A program made the translations under genes and the position numbers. DNA of 64,000 bases from Azolla caroliniana (taxonomy: Eukaryota; Plantae; Polypodiophyta): assembly GCA_043228905.1 (NCBI GenBank), contig JBHGNT010000007.1:3100001-3164000 (forward strand), in the 5' to 3' direction. A model generated the notes under the pieces. It did not search any database, was not told the DNA's origin, and saw only the letters and a list, made by a program, of their open reading frames with translations. This document shows positions 25,018 through 38,858 of the stretch, one piece after another (position 1 is the stretch's first letter; every line of letters begins with the position of its first letter).

Positions 25018-28000
25018 TTAAGTAGCAAGAACCACCCTCTTCTTCACTTTCCTCCGTGTCTGTCTTGGCCTCGAAGATTCCTTACCACTTGAAAAAAGCC
25101 CGAATGGAATTTTATCCCTAATGTCAAACTGACCATCAGATTTCGTGGTCGATGATGCTGATACTGTTGCTGTTGATCTCTGGTATGGGGCTTGCACACC
25201 CTCCCCTTGTGGTACAGTGACACCAAGCCCAAGCCATGCAATCCGGGCAGCATCTCCAATGTAAACATTCAAAGCCCTGCAACACACACATCGATGATTC
25301 AAAACTCTAATGAAATTCTGTGGTATTAAACCCTGATTACAAATGTTTGCTGCAATGATTAAAGATCCTACCTTAGTAAGCTCTGATTGGAAATAAACCC
25401 TAAACTTTATACCTTATCCCTAATTACCAAAAATTTTAGCAAGGAATATTAACCATTAGCTTGGACCGACTGAGATAAACCCTAAACCATAATTATAAGA
25501 GGTCGTAACAATTGGAATAATCCTACTTATGGTATTGAATATTAACCCTTATAACAATTGCAATAAAGCATACACCATAAAATCTAATGTGGCGATAAAG
25601 ATAGATCCTTGCTTCCTCAATAACTCTCCAACTTCAAATAAACCCTAAACATAAAGTCTAATGTGACAAGAAACATTAGACCATTACCTTTCTCCATCTT
25701 GACACCCAAATGAAAAACTGTGGCAAAAAACATAGACCCCTATTGTTTTTCTCTAATTGGAATAATCTTTAAATCCTAAACACTAAACCCTGATCTCTGA
25801 ACCTTACAAAATTGTGTGGCCCATACTTGCTCCACATAGAATAAATCCCAGACCCTTAAACTAATAAACCCTTAACCATTTCAAAACTATGCAGCAATCA
25901 ATATACTACAGCAATCAATATAGATTTTCATTTTACTATGATTTTCGAACAAACCATCAGTATAAATACAAACTGTATGTGTGCACGTATCGGTGTAAGG
26001 GTAAGTGTTCATATCTCTATGTGCGTGTGTTTGTGTGTTATTACATCTATATGTATGTTTATATGTATGTATGTATGCTTGTGTAATTGAGCGTGTTTGT
26101 ATAATGTGTAGAAGTGTAAATGCATATGTAGGAGAAGGTATAACTATCTTCGTCTTATCAGAATAATAAACTACTCAATAAGCCCTAACTGCAAAATATT
26201 CAGCAATCAAATATAGACTCTTACCTTAATGCAGTGCAGAGAAACACAACTGTGCCAACATGGTTGAACTGTTGCTGCATTACTCGCTCCACTCCATATA
26301 GCAGCTGATATCGAAGGTTTCCCGAGATTCCTAAGAAGGCTCCATAGCTTAGAGCACTCGCTTTCACCGTAGGCATGGAAATTGATGAACTGAAAACCAA
26401 AAACAACAGCCTCAAAACTTTGTAAAAAAGAAAATAAAAAGAGTCCTTTGGTCCACACCCCACTGAATTTGGACAGGTTCATGGTATATTATTTACAACA
26501 TATTAACGCATATCTATTTTCCTGTCTTAATCAATCAATTTAATATGCTTATCCCTTAAGCTCCTATACAGATTAGCAAAGGAATATTACCAATACACTA
26601 CTATAACTTACAAGACTTCACCAAAACATTAAAAACAATTTGAGCATTACCAAATGACAATTTGTTTCCAGGAAATAATTACGCATTAATGGCATTTCAG
26701 TATATTAACAATAGTGGTATATTAAATTCCCTTAACAAAATTTGGATTTTAAGTGCTCATTTTCGTATATTTATTTTAAAAGTTAAAGCCAGTAGGGATG
26801 TTTAATCACTTGAGTATGCTTATAGTTTCTAATGCACTAAATTAAGAGCATTTAACCAATCCAGCTTCTTTCTTTCTTAGGTAAAAAAACGAGCTTTCAA
26901 TTGTAGTTCTTTTAACCCAATATAACAAACAGTCTGTGAAGTTAAGATTTCACAATATTTAGTAATAATTTTGTTTCTTAATACTAGTAATTCCTAGTGT
27001 AACATGGCTCGCTAAAGTTGGTCATCAAAACAACTGCTTCTAACCTCTCTTTTCGAGATGCTAATAGCTTCATCAAGGACCCACTGGCAGCTCCAGTTAT
27101 CAATCCTACCAAGCAAAGCTCCCCTGCCTTATAAAAGAAGCTTTGAGCCCTTTTCATAGCATCAAACTCCCGAAATGCATAACTCCTTTCAAAAATATTG
27201 TTCGGAAGCTTTTGTATGGTATTCTGCAAATTGAATTTGAATGTGGAACCATAAGAGCGACATGGGGCAAGAGACCAGACAATGGCTGCATTGCAGATTG
27301 ACATTGATAAAACGTTCAAAGCAGCAAATCCCCACTCATCTTTCAATCTACAATGATATAATAAAAAGGAGTGAGAGGACAGACTTTTGTTTTTGTAGGA
27401 AAAAGGACTTTTTTATGACATAATAAGAAATAAGGAAATAATGAAACAAAATATATAGTAATAAATCATAGAAAACAAACAAAATGAAATGAAAATAAGA
27501 AAATGCAGGAAAAAAAGGTAGAAAAAGGGCATTGATACGACCTTTCTTTCCTATGCTTGAACTCTGACCAGATGCCATAGGAAACTGTAACCACTTGTTC
27601 CAAACACATTTTATACATAAAGGCGGGATCAGCAATCATGCTGAGATGTCCAGAAAGAGAAGTCAGAAAACAAAAATATTCTCAAATCAAGCCAGATCCG
27701 TAATCAGTAAGCACAGAAAATTGATAAACCTCACCGTCCAATGAACACTCTTGATACTGAAGGTGGAACAGCTCTCGAGAAAATTCTAGCAATTGTGGGT
27801 CGTCCAAAATTTGATATAAATCGAACCATTTGAGCCGAACTTATGAATCCCTACAAACCAAAAATTATTTAAAAGTCATACATAAATAAGAATTGACATA
27901 ATATTGGACTTAAATGAAGCCTTTAGGTTCATACCAGCTCTACAGCTTGCCTTAAACCAGCAGGTAAATCCGTTACAGTCCGATACCATTCCTGAAGAAC

Positions 28001-29599
28001 TGCTTCGAGGACTTCTCTATCAAAAATCTATAGCAATGTATATGGATAATCGATGTTATGAATGTAATTTCAAGGAAAGAACAACCCTTCTCTCAATAAC
28101 TTGAAGATAGATAGAATGAAAGTCACTTTCTTGACGATTTATAGACATATAAGGAGAATAATCCTTTTTCTTGAAGATTAGAGGATAAATTTAAGGGAAG
28201 ACCCCCTTTTCTCAATTATTTGAAGATAAAATTAAGATAAGGCCCCATCTTTCTCAATCCTTAAAGGATAAAATGAAAGGAAAGAAGCTTTGTTTTCATA
28301 ATTTAAAGATAGGATTTCAGGATTTTGTTAATGATTTATACTTACTTCTGGAAGAGCAATTCTTCGTCCGAAGAAACCTCCATCATCTCCTTCTTCATCA
28401 TCATCATCAGCATCTCCAAAGTAGTCGTCATCATCTCCTCCATCATCACCACCATCACCACCACCAAAATTGATCTTATTTCCAATTCCTCCTCCCCCTC
28501 CACCATCTTCAGTCTATGATACAGATATTATAGGGATGCAAAAATGGTTTAGAAGAAAATTATTTGGGGTGGAGATTTCCTCATTCAACAGTTTTTCCAT
28601 AAAGGTCACCATCAAATGACAGTATGATTACATTTTGATGCTAGAAAGATAAATGAACAGAAAATTGTCACACAATCAGGGAAACAAAGGCCCAGGAATG
28701 GCTTCAAATTATTTATTTTATTTCTTGAATTGCTTGAATTGGAATATCATATTTTCAAGACATTTAAAAAAACTATTTCACCACCTCAATAGCCTGGTCT
28801 AGAACAATAACTCAACCATGCTCCCACCAATAACCATGCAATATACAACCAAATTAAAGAAAATTTGATGGCTCAAACAATTGAAAAATGACCAATTGAA
28901 ACACAAGTTGATGCTGCAAACTCAAGCACAAAATTCATAGCACAAAGCAAATCAAAGCATGACAAAAGACATACCAAAAGTGAAAACAACACAAAATTCA
29001 TACTAAAGATGGAAAATTGGTAATAGAACCAACCAACATATACAAGTAAAAACATGCACCCTTCGAATACATGGTAACGGAACTGTATGCATAGACAATC
29101 AATGTACAAAAACCAATCAGAAATTCGACCCTATACATCTATGAAAGCAAAGTTTCTCCAGAACAAGAAAGCGTACCTTTGGAGAAACACGGGTAGTACT
29201 CTGCGATAAGTCTAGCTTCGATTTTTCAAGAGTAGCTCCTCCACCAAAGGCACCATATCCACGCTTTGCCATGGCATAAACAGAGGAGCAATTAGGGTTG
29301 GGGTTATCAGGGTGCGGATTGGCTCCCGTGATTCCTTCCCCTTTCAGTGCATCGTTATCGGCCACACCACTGAAGCTCAATACTTCTAGTCTGAAAGAGG
29401 AAGGAGAAGAAGAAGAAGAAGAAGAAGAAGAAGGATGCAGAGCAATAACATGGGGAAGAGAGTGATGACTGGTTTCGAAACAAGAAGGGGTGCGCCTGGA
29501 GCTGGAGCGGATCGTGAGTCTGTTGACGATCAGAGCTTCTGCATTCTGTGGAGGAGAGACGAGGGGTAAAGAAGAAGGGATAGCAGGGAGAGAGGCCAT
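25018..29599 (-). CDS. DUF3411 / RETICULATA-like plastid envelope protein (At5g24690-like), 8 exons
   Basis: Exons 29599-29177, 28513-28346, 28027-27935, 27850-27735, 27640-27542, 27347-27045, 26389-26225, 25276-25018 splice in frame. GGGDGGDDGGDDDDYF tract, DLPAGLRQA, SSAQMVRF, RMIADPAF, LAPCRSYG.TF.F.LQNT.QKLPNN, YGAFLGISGNLRYQLL, basic C-terminus. Confidence 0.93.
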
Positions 29600-30117
29600 A
29601 GCACCTGCGTCTGCGTCTGCTTCAGAGCAGAGGGGCTGGGCAGAGGGGCAGAGAGAGAGCAGCAGAAATCAGAGAGAGGGGGCAAAGCAGAAGCAGGGGT
29701 AGGGGCAGAGCATTTTACTACATATCTCCATCCATCTCCATCTCCATCTCCATCTCTCTTCTTATCCAATCCCTTCCTTCCTTCTTCTTCTTCTTCTTCT
29801 TCTTCTTCTTCTTCTTCTTGTGTCTTGTGACTTGTGTCTTGTGTCTTGTGTCCTGGGCATGAGGAGCCTGGAGGAGGAGTCTACTCTCCTCTCGTCGTCG
29901 GGGCCTCGGCTCTCGTCTGTCTCTCGACTCGACTCGATTGAGTCTCATCTTGTCTCGCTTTATAATCCGCTCACCTCGAAAACATGATCCGATCCCCGTC
30001 CCGTCCGTGCCCTCGCTCAGCCTCCAACCTTGTCCAGGCTTGAACTCATCTGATTCAATATATAATCGGATCCTCGTTCTTTTGTAGACTCCTTGTTGTT
30101 ACCCTATTGAGGGTATG

Positions 30118-30150
<33 letters not shown>

Positions 30151-30198
30151 GGCCTCTCTCTCTCTCTCTTTTATTGTAATTAGCTTACCCTAGTGGTA

Positions 30199-30229
<31 letters not shown>

Positions 30230-30258
30230 TGGCCTCTCTCTCTCTCTTTTATTGTAAT

Positions 30259-30321
30259 TAGCTTACCCTAATGGTAAGTCAATAACACTACAAGCATTGT
30301 GTCTTGGGTTCGAAACCCAAT
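30259..30321 (+). pseudogene. tRNA-derived fragment (SINE head or tRNA pseudogene)
   Basis: A-box-like CTAATGGTAAG and perfect T-arm TTGGG-TTCGAAA-CCCAA; no credible anticodon or acceptor stem. Confidence 0.4.
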
Positions 30322-30378
30322 TTCCTCACCTCTCTATTATATACTTCATATATATCTCTATTTCACTAGATGCCATTG

Positions 30379-30447
30379 TGGAATGTATGGGTTGAACCCA
30401 TGACCACTTGGTCTCCATTGGGCAACCTTACCAACTGAGCTACATCC
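30379..30447 (-). pseudogene. tRNA-derived sequence (SINE head or tRNA pseudogene)
   Basis: Minus strand GGATGTAGCTCAGTTGGTAAGG...ATGGGTTCAACCCATACATTCC: A box, B box/T-arm and partial acceptor pairing; anticodon arm does not pair. Confidence 0.55.
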
Positions 30448-30454
30448 GTCTAAG

Positions 30455-30492
<38 letters not shown>

Positions 30493-30529
30493 AACCATGC
30501 ATTGCAACATAGCATGCCCTACTAATGGA

Positions 30530-31896
30530 CAACAAATTTGATCAAATCTTTACGTAAAGGTAGAGATGTAAATAATGTAAACAACTATCAAACTAGCATG
30601 GTTGGCTCGCTATTGGCAAAATAATTTAGATATATAATGGAATCAAGGGTAAATGCATGGGTTGCAAAAAATGGTAACAAAGCTTATGAACAAGCTGGGT
30701 TTTGGAATCCCTGTTGAACCGTCATTGTTGGATCGCTAAGTGCAAAACTATTTAGATATATAATGGAATCAAAGGTAAGTGCTAGGCTTGAAAAAATGGT
30801 AACAGAGCTTATGAACAAGCTGGGTTTCGGAAACACTATCGAACCATGGGTGGTTCATTAATGGCAAAACTTTTTGGATATATAATGGAATCAAAGTTAA
30901 GTGCATGGGTTGAAAATTTTGGTAACGCATGCATTAAAAAAATGGTAACAGAGCATATGGACAAGGTGGATTTCAAAAACATTATAGCACCATGGATCAC
31001 ATTATCACCCCTCGAGTCCTAATGGAAGAAATTTGCTTGAAAGGTAACGATTTATATTGTTGCTTTGTATACTTCAAGAAAGTTGTTGATATGCTTTCTC
31101 ATGAGTATCTTTGGAAGTGAATGGAAGGACTTGAGGTGCCAAGTGTATATATGCATGCAATTTCCTCAATCTAGGAGAAGGTTTTATGTTGTGTGTGTAT
31201 GGTTTCATCAAAACTTTTCAATAAAAACATTGGCGTTAAGCAAGGATGCCCACTCTCACCAACTCTACTTGGTCTATGCATTGGTCAATTAGAATTAATC
31301 GTTGCCAAGTTTGTAAAGGAAGAAGATGTTGAAGAAATTGCTATTGGGAATGTGGTCATCATGCTTTTGTTTTATGTGGATATGTAGTGTTTTTTGCAAA
31401 TACTTTAGGAAACACACAAAAGCTTATGATGACATTGGAAGAATTTTGTATGCATACAAAGTTAAGTGTTAATAGCTCTAAAACAAAGATTATGCTTGTG
31501 AAAAGCCCCAAAAATGATAAACCATGCATTATGTACAATAATGAGCAGATTCAAATACCTTGGCCTTGAAATTCCTTCAAATCATAGATGGAATGAACGT
31601 GCTACCCGGCGGTTAAATGCGGGAAAGGGAGCATATTATGCATTTGAGAGCACATGCAATCATGAAGAAATTAAGTGTTGGATCCTTAGGGAATAATTTT
31701 TCAACATTTTCGTGATATTAGTGCTTCATGTTTCTTTATGGGGTGGAAGTAAGGGGAGGTAGCATCCCTAAGTCCACTTGGAAATCGTTGGAAGTAAGGG
31801 GAGGTAGCATTTTCGTACAATTTAAAGTTTCTCCAAGTCAAGAAACAAACGTTATAAACCCTACTTGATACATGATCACTTCCCATTGAGATCATG
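30530..31896 (+). mobile_element. RTE-type LINE relic, 5' part (reverse transcriptase)
   Basis: IGVKQGCPLSPTLLGL, LLFYVD, KLSVNSSKTKIM and FKYLGLEI in shifting frames; ~129-bp segment triplicated at ~30600-30990; interrupted by the LTR element. Confidence 0.88.
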
Positions 31897-32343
31897 TGTT
31901 ACGGGCATGACCATATAATATCCCGTGGTGAGAATTTATCGTAGTATTCTATACACGTGGATAAGTGTGAGGGTTAAACGAGAGTGTAAAGAAGGGGAAG
32001 ATTACTTTTAAATCCTCGAGATTGAGACAACCCATTAGGCCAAGTGTGAACATGGCTGGGGGCCTTGGGTATCGCTATAAATAGAGGCCTAGCTACCCTC
32101 ATTTTAGCATCTGCTTGACTATGTCGAGACTCTGTCTTGTGGTGGGTCAACTCTTGTAGCGAGCGCGCCAACACCAGGTACGACTCGACGCCACGGCGGT
32201 GGTATGGGACGCCGATCGAGGCTCGAGTCCGTCACGATCCCTTCGCTTAGGGGTGGTCGGCACCCTTCTTTCTCTCTCTCCTTTCTTTCTATCTACCTAG
32301 ATCTATCCTTATCTAATGCTTACTTTAGTACATGTCTCTAATA
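31897..32343 (+). repeat. 5' LTR (447 bp)
   Basis: Starts TGTTACGGG, ends CTCTAATA; TATA box TATAAATA at ~32076; about 16 substitutions and one 9-bp indel versus the 3' LTR by manual comparison. Confidence 0.95.
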
Positions 32344-32345
32344 TT

Positions 32346-32358
32346 TGGTATCAGAGCC
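32346..32358 (+). promoter_or_regulatory. Primer-binding site complementary to the initiator tRNA-Met 3' end
   Basis: TGGTATCAGAGCC 2 nt after the 5' LTR. Confidence 0.92.
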
Positions 32359-34075
32359 TATGTACTAATGTTTCTTTTGTTGGTCTTATCTTCTCGATGG
32401 ATGGCGATCGATCATTGTGCGGTTGGCCTTCATGCAGACAAGGATCAACAAGGAACTTCGGTAATCTTTCTTGTTATTTTTTGTCTATTTTTTCTTCTCC
32501 CATCTAATCATGTGTACGGTTAATATGTAGATTATTTTCATTAATTAAATGATGTTGTAGTGGTATTTAATTGGTTATCTAAAACGCTTACATATGTGCA
32601 CGAGGTCAATACCTCAATTGACATATAAATAATATGTGATGAGTGTCGTATGCGTACGAGGTTAATACCTCAATTACGTATTACGTTCACGAACATATGT
32701 TACGTTTGCGTATGAGGTCAACACCTCGATTTTGTTGTAAATGATATGCGTTTGGTCACGTATGCCTAAGAGGTCAATACCTCAATTGCGTATTACGTTG
32801 AACCCTTATTTTTGGATGTCTCGTGTGCGTAGAGGTATTTTTGGCTATTAAATATAATGATTTCTTTAATATAGGCATATGTGGTCACGTGTATACGTAG
32901 TTGATCGTATATATGTGATAATATACATATGTGTATATAAGTTATTACGTGATTTTAATCGAATGTTTTCCTTTTCGGGGAAAGGATCTTGGTGGTCATT
33001 CTCACATTTTTGTGAGAATAGCGTTGTCACCATCCCTTTTTTCAATAATTTTTTATTGTCGAAATCCCCATTGTTGACTTCGATATTTCATTACGTAAAG
33101 AAACGCTATAGCCATAATGATTTTGAGTATGTAGGGCTTGACCTACTTCATGTGAGGTCGCTCTTATGACACACGTATCCAACATCCCTACCTCATTACA
33201 TAGATATGATGCCACCATGAGATCATTCTTACGAGAGGCATTCGTAATGACGTGACCATGTGATGGGCCACGTGGGCCTGCTACGAAAAGAGGGCTCATT
33301 TGGCTTGACCATTAGGTTGCACTTTGGCGTATGTCATCGTAATTACGAGACTTGAGGTTAGGTAACGTACCAACATAGTTGTAGTAAATGAGGGCGAAAT
33401 AAGGACTCTCGACATATATGTTTCTTTTAAAAAAACATATATGGGCAAATGCCTCGCATATCTCTTATACGCATGAAACATTAAACATTCAAGAAGTGCA
33501 ACTTACTTGGTTGGCTCAAATGTTTAATGCATTTGTTCTCGAGGTCTCGAGTTCAAATATGACCAAGACCATACAACATCGTTGATACATATGATTATAA
33601 CACATGTTTAGACTTGAGGTCTAAGTGCAGTTTGGGGTCCTCGTAATAGGACTTAAAGAGCCGAAACCACATATGTGGGTATCGAAACATAGTTTATTGT
33701 TAACATTTTTTTCGTGTATAAACTATTCATGACAGAAACATACATGGTTGAGCCTCGGGGAGAAGCCATGAAAAAATCGATATAGAGATCAGGGAAATAC
33801 ATTAAATTGTCAACCCCATGGTTTTTAAAACACCTTTGTGTTACCATAGTAACCTCATCTCATACGTCTAGAGGGGTATTGACGTGAGATCTTGATATCG
33901 ATTAATGTTTGCCCATGATATGTTTATATCACGACATGATGTTATGACTATCTCTCTGACCTTATCCTATTTCTTTCCCAGAAATAATCATTTAATGGCT
34001 CAAAATAACGACCTGATGTCATCCGCTCAAGCGTAAGGAACTCAAGGGAATCCTCTTGGACAAAGGTCCATTGAG

Positions 34076-37000
34076 ATGTATTTTTCGCAAATAAGCCAAT
34101 ACCTTAGTTTCACTGCTCAACAGATGACCGAACTTCGGCAATCTCAAAGTGCTCTCGAGGCACGTGTCATTAGTCTACAACGTGAGACTAATAGACCTGA
34201 TGAGCGACAGGGTGAACCATTGTTTGTCATTAAGCCATGTACGAGAGAGAAAAAGGAAAGAACCGAAGAAGCAATCTGCACGTGGTTGGGCCGATGGGAG
34301 TCTCATTTTGAGCTCTATCCCACGCCAGATAGTACGAAGATTGCATATGTCGGCCGAGAACTAGGGGGTAAGGCCACCGCCTGGTGGCGTGGGCTCCGTA
34401 CTTTGGGAAATTGCCCGATACCTGGACAGATTTTGTCACAGTTTTCAAGGGCCAATTTCTGCAACCTCCCTCTCAAACCGAGGCAGCACAAGCTTTAATG
34501 AACCTCTCTAGCAGGAAGTTTTCCTCGCTAGAAGACTATGTCCACCATGTTAGAACCCAAATAAAAAAATCGGGTCTAGAAGGGGACAATTGGTTAATAG
34601 CTTGTTTTGTCAATGGCATCCCCAATTCGGACTATCACTGGATAGTGCACGATAAGGATCCAAAATCCTTCGAAGAGGCCGTTGAAATAGTTCTTCGCTA
34701 TCACCGCATTTCGAAGAAGGACCACAACAAACCCAACGAAGCGCCCGGGACTAAGCAGTTGCAATTCGTTGGGAAACGCAAGACACCCAACGAATTCATG
34801 GATCGCGATTGTAAGCAACAACATCCTTTTTGCGTATTCTGCAAAAAGAAGGGTCATACAAAAGAGCAATGTCGAAAGCTCCAACGGAAAGAGCACGACA
34901 ACAAAGCTAAAGTTGCAGACCATAAAGGTCAGATTCCTAATGTCCTTCAGGTCTATACACATCATTTAAGTAATTGTCAATGTTCTTTCCCTCACTATGT
35001 ATTGGGTCCCAATGATTTACTACGTGCAAACGGGTATATCAATGGATCTCCCGTACAATTTTTATTTGATTCAGGAAGCTCACACAACTTTGTGAATGAT
35101 CGTTTGGTTCAAATATAGGGAATCCAACCCACCGTAAGTGATCATACCTACACGGTGCACTTGGCTGATGGAAGAGTACAATACATCAACGGGGAGATTC
35201 ATTCATTAGGAATTTCTATTAATACTTATATAGAGGAAGTAGACTTCCATGTAATGAATCTTTGTACCACCGATGTAATACTGGGTTATCCCTGGTTTTA
35301 TAATAAAAACTCTTCTTTATCCATTCATTGGGTTCATCATTCAATTACATTTGTATTGAACGATTGTACTCATTTTATTCAATGTGTAAAAAAATAATCC
35401 CTCTCGATTGTTTCCTCGTGTCCATCAATATCCGAGTTGTCTTTTTCTACTCTATTTTATTGTGTACTTGATCCAGACATTCACGTTTACAATATCGATA
35501 ATGTCTCGGTTCAATTAACATATTTTGAACAACTTGATGAAATCTTAAATGATTTTCGTGATGTTTTTCCAAGTGAACTACTAGATGTCTTACCTCCTAA
35601 ACGTAATATAGACCATCGTATAGATATTGTACCTGGTGTTGCACCAATAAGTATACCTCCTTATTACTTAAGTTGATCCGAAGAGGATGAGGTATCTAAG
35701 CAACTCAAGGACTATTTACGAATGGGTTATATACGTTATAGTAAATCTCCATGGGGTGCACCAGTTCTCTTGGTTAAAAAGAAAGAGGGCACATGGCGTA
35801 TTTGTATTAATTACCAATGCTTGAATAAAGTGACGATCAAGAATTCGTATCCATTGCCCCAGGCTGACGATCTAATTGACCGTCTCCAGGGAGCTCGGTA
35901 TTTTACGAAACTTGATCTCCGTACTGGCTACCATCAAATTCGTATAAGTGAGGACAATGTTCCTAAAACAACATTTCGTACGCGCTATGGCCATTATGAG
36001 TTTCTGGTTATGCCTTTTGGTTTGACCAATGCTCCGGCTACATTTCAACAAGAAATGAATGACATTTTTCAAGAACAACTTGGAAAATTTGTCGTTATTT
36101 TCTTAGATGATATTTTAGTTTATAGTCGTACATTACACGAACATGCTAAACATGTCCGCTTTGTTTTACAAACATTGCGTGACAAACAGTTTTATGCAAA
36201 GATCTCAAAATGTGAGTTCTTCAAGAAATCAATTACTTACCTTGGACATCTCATAACCAAACAAGGTGTTGAAATTGATCCTTCTCGCATCGAGAAAATC
36301 AAGCTTTGGCCCACTCTTCGGAATATTCGAGAAGTTCGATCATTCCTTGGTTTTGTTGGGTTTTTGCGAAAATCCCTCCGTAATTACTCCCAATTGACGA
36401 CGCCATTTACTGATCTTCTAAAAGGTCAAACGCGTAAGTCTACAAAACCTATTGTGTGGAATGCTACACTAGACCTCGCTTTTAAGGAACTCAAGGACCT
36501 GGTATGCAAGGCTCCTTCACTTCTTTTACCCGATCCTTCAAAACCTTTTGAGGTTGAAACTGATGCAAGCAATTATGCTATAGGTGCCGTCTTATATCAA
36601 GATGGTAAACCAATAGCATTCGAGAGTAAGAAACTTGATTCTGCTCAATGTCGGTATACTGTTCAAGAAAAGGAATTATTTGCAGTTATACATGCACTCA
36701 AAACATGTCGCCATTATCTTTATGGAAATCGCTTTGTGGTAACTACGGACCATGAGTCCTTGAAATATTTTTGTGACCAACAAGACCTGAAAGTTCGTAA
36801 GGCACGATGGGTTGATCTCATCCAGGACTTTGATTTTTCCATACGATATCGTAAAGGTTCCATGAATATTGTCGTTGATGCACTAAGTCGCATCCGTGAA
36901 GTTAACATACTTAGCTTCACTGAAATAACATCAAATCTTTATGATCACCCTCGAGGAAAGTATCCTGATGACAGTTATTTTGCAAAATATTGGGCAAGAG

Positions 37001-38365
37001 TTGAGTCTGGAACAGACACCACCACATCCTCGAAGGAATACTTACACCTTGCTAACGGTCTACTCTATTGTAATGGGAAGGTTTGTGTTCCAGATTTACC
37101 CAAGGTCAAAAAGAGGATTCTTTTTGAATGCCATGATGCACCCTGGAATACATCGTACACTCGTTCTCATCTCCACTCAATTTTATTGGCCTAAGATGCG
37201 TCCTGACATACATAGCTATGTGACTAAATGTCACCAATGTCAGGTTAACAAAGCCGAGCGACTTAAAGCCGCAAGACTTCTACATCCCTTGGACATTCCC
37301 AACAATAAGTGGGAAACTATATCCATGGATTTTATTGTTAGCCTTCCTCGTACCTAAAAAGGCCATGATGCCATCTGGGTTGTGGTTGATAGACTAACTA
37401 AAATGGCCAGATTTATTGCTACTAAAACAACGGTAACAGCTCCTGAATTGGCTTACCATTTCATTGATGAGTTATTTCGTTTTTACGGGTTGCCGATGGA
37501 TATCGTGAGTGATCGAGATCCAAAGTTTACTAATGACTTCTGGACACAAGTCTTCAAGAAGTTAGAAACTACGTTGAGCATGAGCTCCACGGATCATCCT
37601 CAATCCGATGGACAAACAGAACGAGTAAATCAAATTATTGAGGACATGCTTTGAGCATATGTTGGTGCAAAACCAACAAAATGGGAACGTTATCTCCCAA
37701 TTTTGGAGTTTGCTTATAACAACTCCAAGCATACGTCGACGGGATATAGTCCTTTTATGTTGATGTATGGTTTTCAGCCACGAGCCCCGATTGATGTTAA
37801 TATTACATCATGATGAGTTGCGAAGTACGCAAAACTTTCTTCGAGATATGCAAGATATGTTGCATATTGCATGAGATAATATAAAAACAGCTCAAGATAG
37901 AGCACGTTTTTATGCTGATCATCATAAGCAACCTCGTGTATTCAACCCTGGACAGAAGGTATTTTTACTTGTGCCTCACAATTCTAAGACATTGTCTACG
38001 GGTAAGTGTGTTAAGTTAGCCCCACGATTTTGTGGACCTTTTACAGTCCTCAAACGGATTGGGTCATCAGCCTATCCTCTCGCTCTTCCCGATGGTGTTG
38101 GAATTCATCCAATCTTTCATGTGAGTTGTCTAAAAGAACTTCTAGGTTCTGGCGACAATACAGTTACAACTGAAACTCTGGTTACTTCTGAAGATGTATC
38201 TTCTAAACCACATATACTAGAAAGAATTCTCGATGTTAAAACAAAAAAATTATGTACTAAAGAAATCTGAGAATTTAAAATAAAATGGATGGATAAATCA
38301 ATAAAAGATGCCACATGGGAACGCGAAAGTACTCTCAGAATTAACTTCCCTAACTTTCCATTGCA
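34076..38365 (+). pseudogene. gag-pol pseudogene of the chromovirus
   Basis: Gag CCHC knuckle CVFCKKKGHTKEQC, protease FDSGSSHNF, RT YPLP/FLDD, RNase H VETDAS, integrase WETISMDF/IVSDRD/HPQSDGQTER, GPF and chromodomain ILDVK..IKW....DATWE; multiple stops (e.g. 35116, 35674, 37355, 37652) and frameshifts. Confidence 0.93.
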
Positions 38366-38380
38366 AGAGTGCAATGTTTT

Positions 38381-38395
38381 AAAGAGGGGGGGGAG
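38381..38395 (+). promoter_or_regulatory. Polypurine tract
   Basis: AAAGAGGGGGGGGAG immediately before the 3' LTR. Confidence 0.9.
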
Positions 38396-38397
38396 TA

Positions 38398-38853
38398 TGT
38401 TACGGGCATGACCATATAATATCTCGTGGTGAGAATTTACCGTAGTATTCTATACACGTGGATAAGTGTGAGGGTTAAACGAGAGTGTAAAGAAGGGGAG
38501 GATTACTTTTAAATCCTCGAGATTGAGACAACCCATTAGGCCAAGTGTGAACATGGTCGGGGGCCTTGGGTATCGCTATAAATAGAGGCCTAGCTACCCT
38601 CATTTCAGCATCTGGTTGACTACGTCGAGACTCTGTCTTGTGGTGGGTCAACTATTGTAGCGAGCGCGCCAGCACTAGGTACGATTCGATGCCACGGCGG
38701 TGGTATGGGACGCCGATCGAGGCTCGAGTCCGTCTCGATCCCTTCGCTCGGGGGTGGTCGGGCGGATCGACACCCTTCTTTCTCTCTCTCCTTTCTTTCT
38801 ATCTACCTAGATCTATCCTTATCTAATGCTTACTTTAGTACATGTCTCTAATA
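38398..38853 (+). repeat. 3' LTR (456 bp)
   Basis: Direct repeat of 31897-32343, also ending TAATA. Confidence 0.95.
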
Positions 38854-38858
38854 TCATG

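Larger units (their letters stand above)
31897..38853 (+). mobile_element. Full-length Ty3/gypsy LTR retrotransposon (chromovirus), coding region decayed
   Basis: LTRs 31897-32343 and 38398-38853; TSD TCATG (31892-31896, 38854-38858); PBS and PPT present; order gag-PR-RT-RH-INT-chromodomain. Confidence 0.97.
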
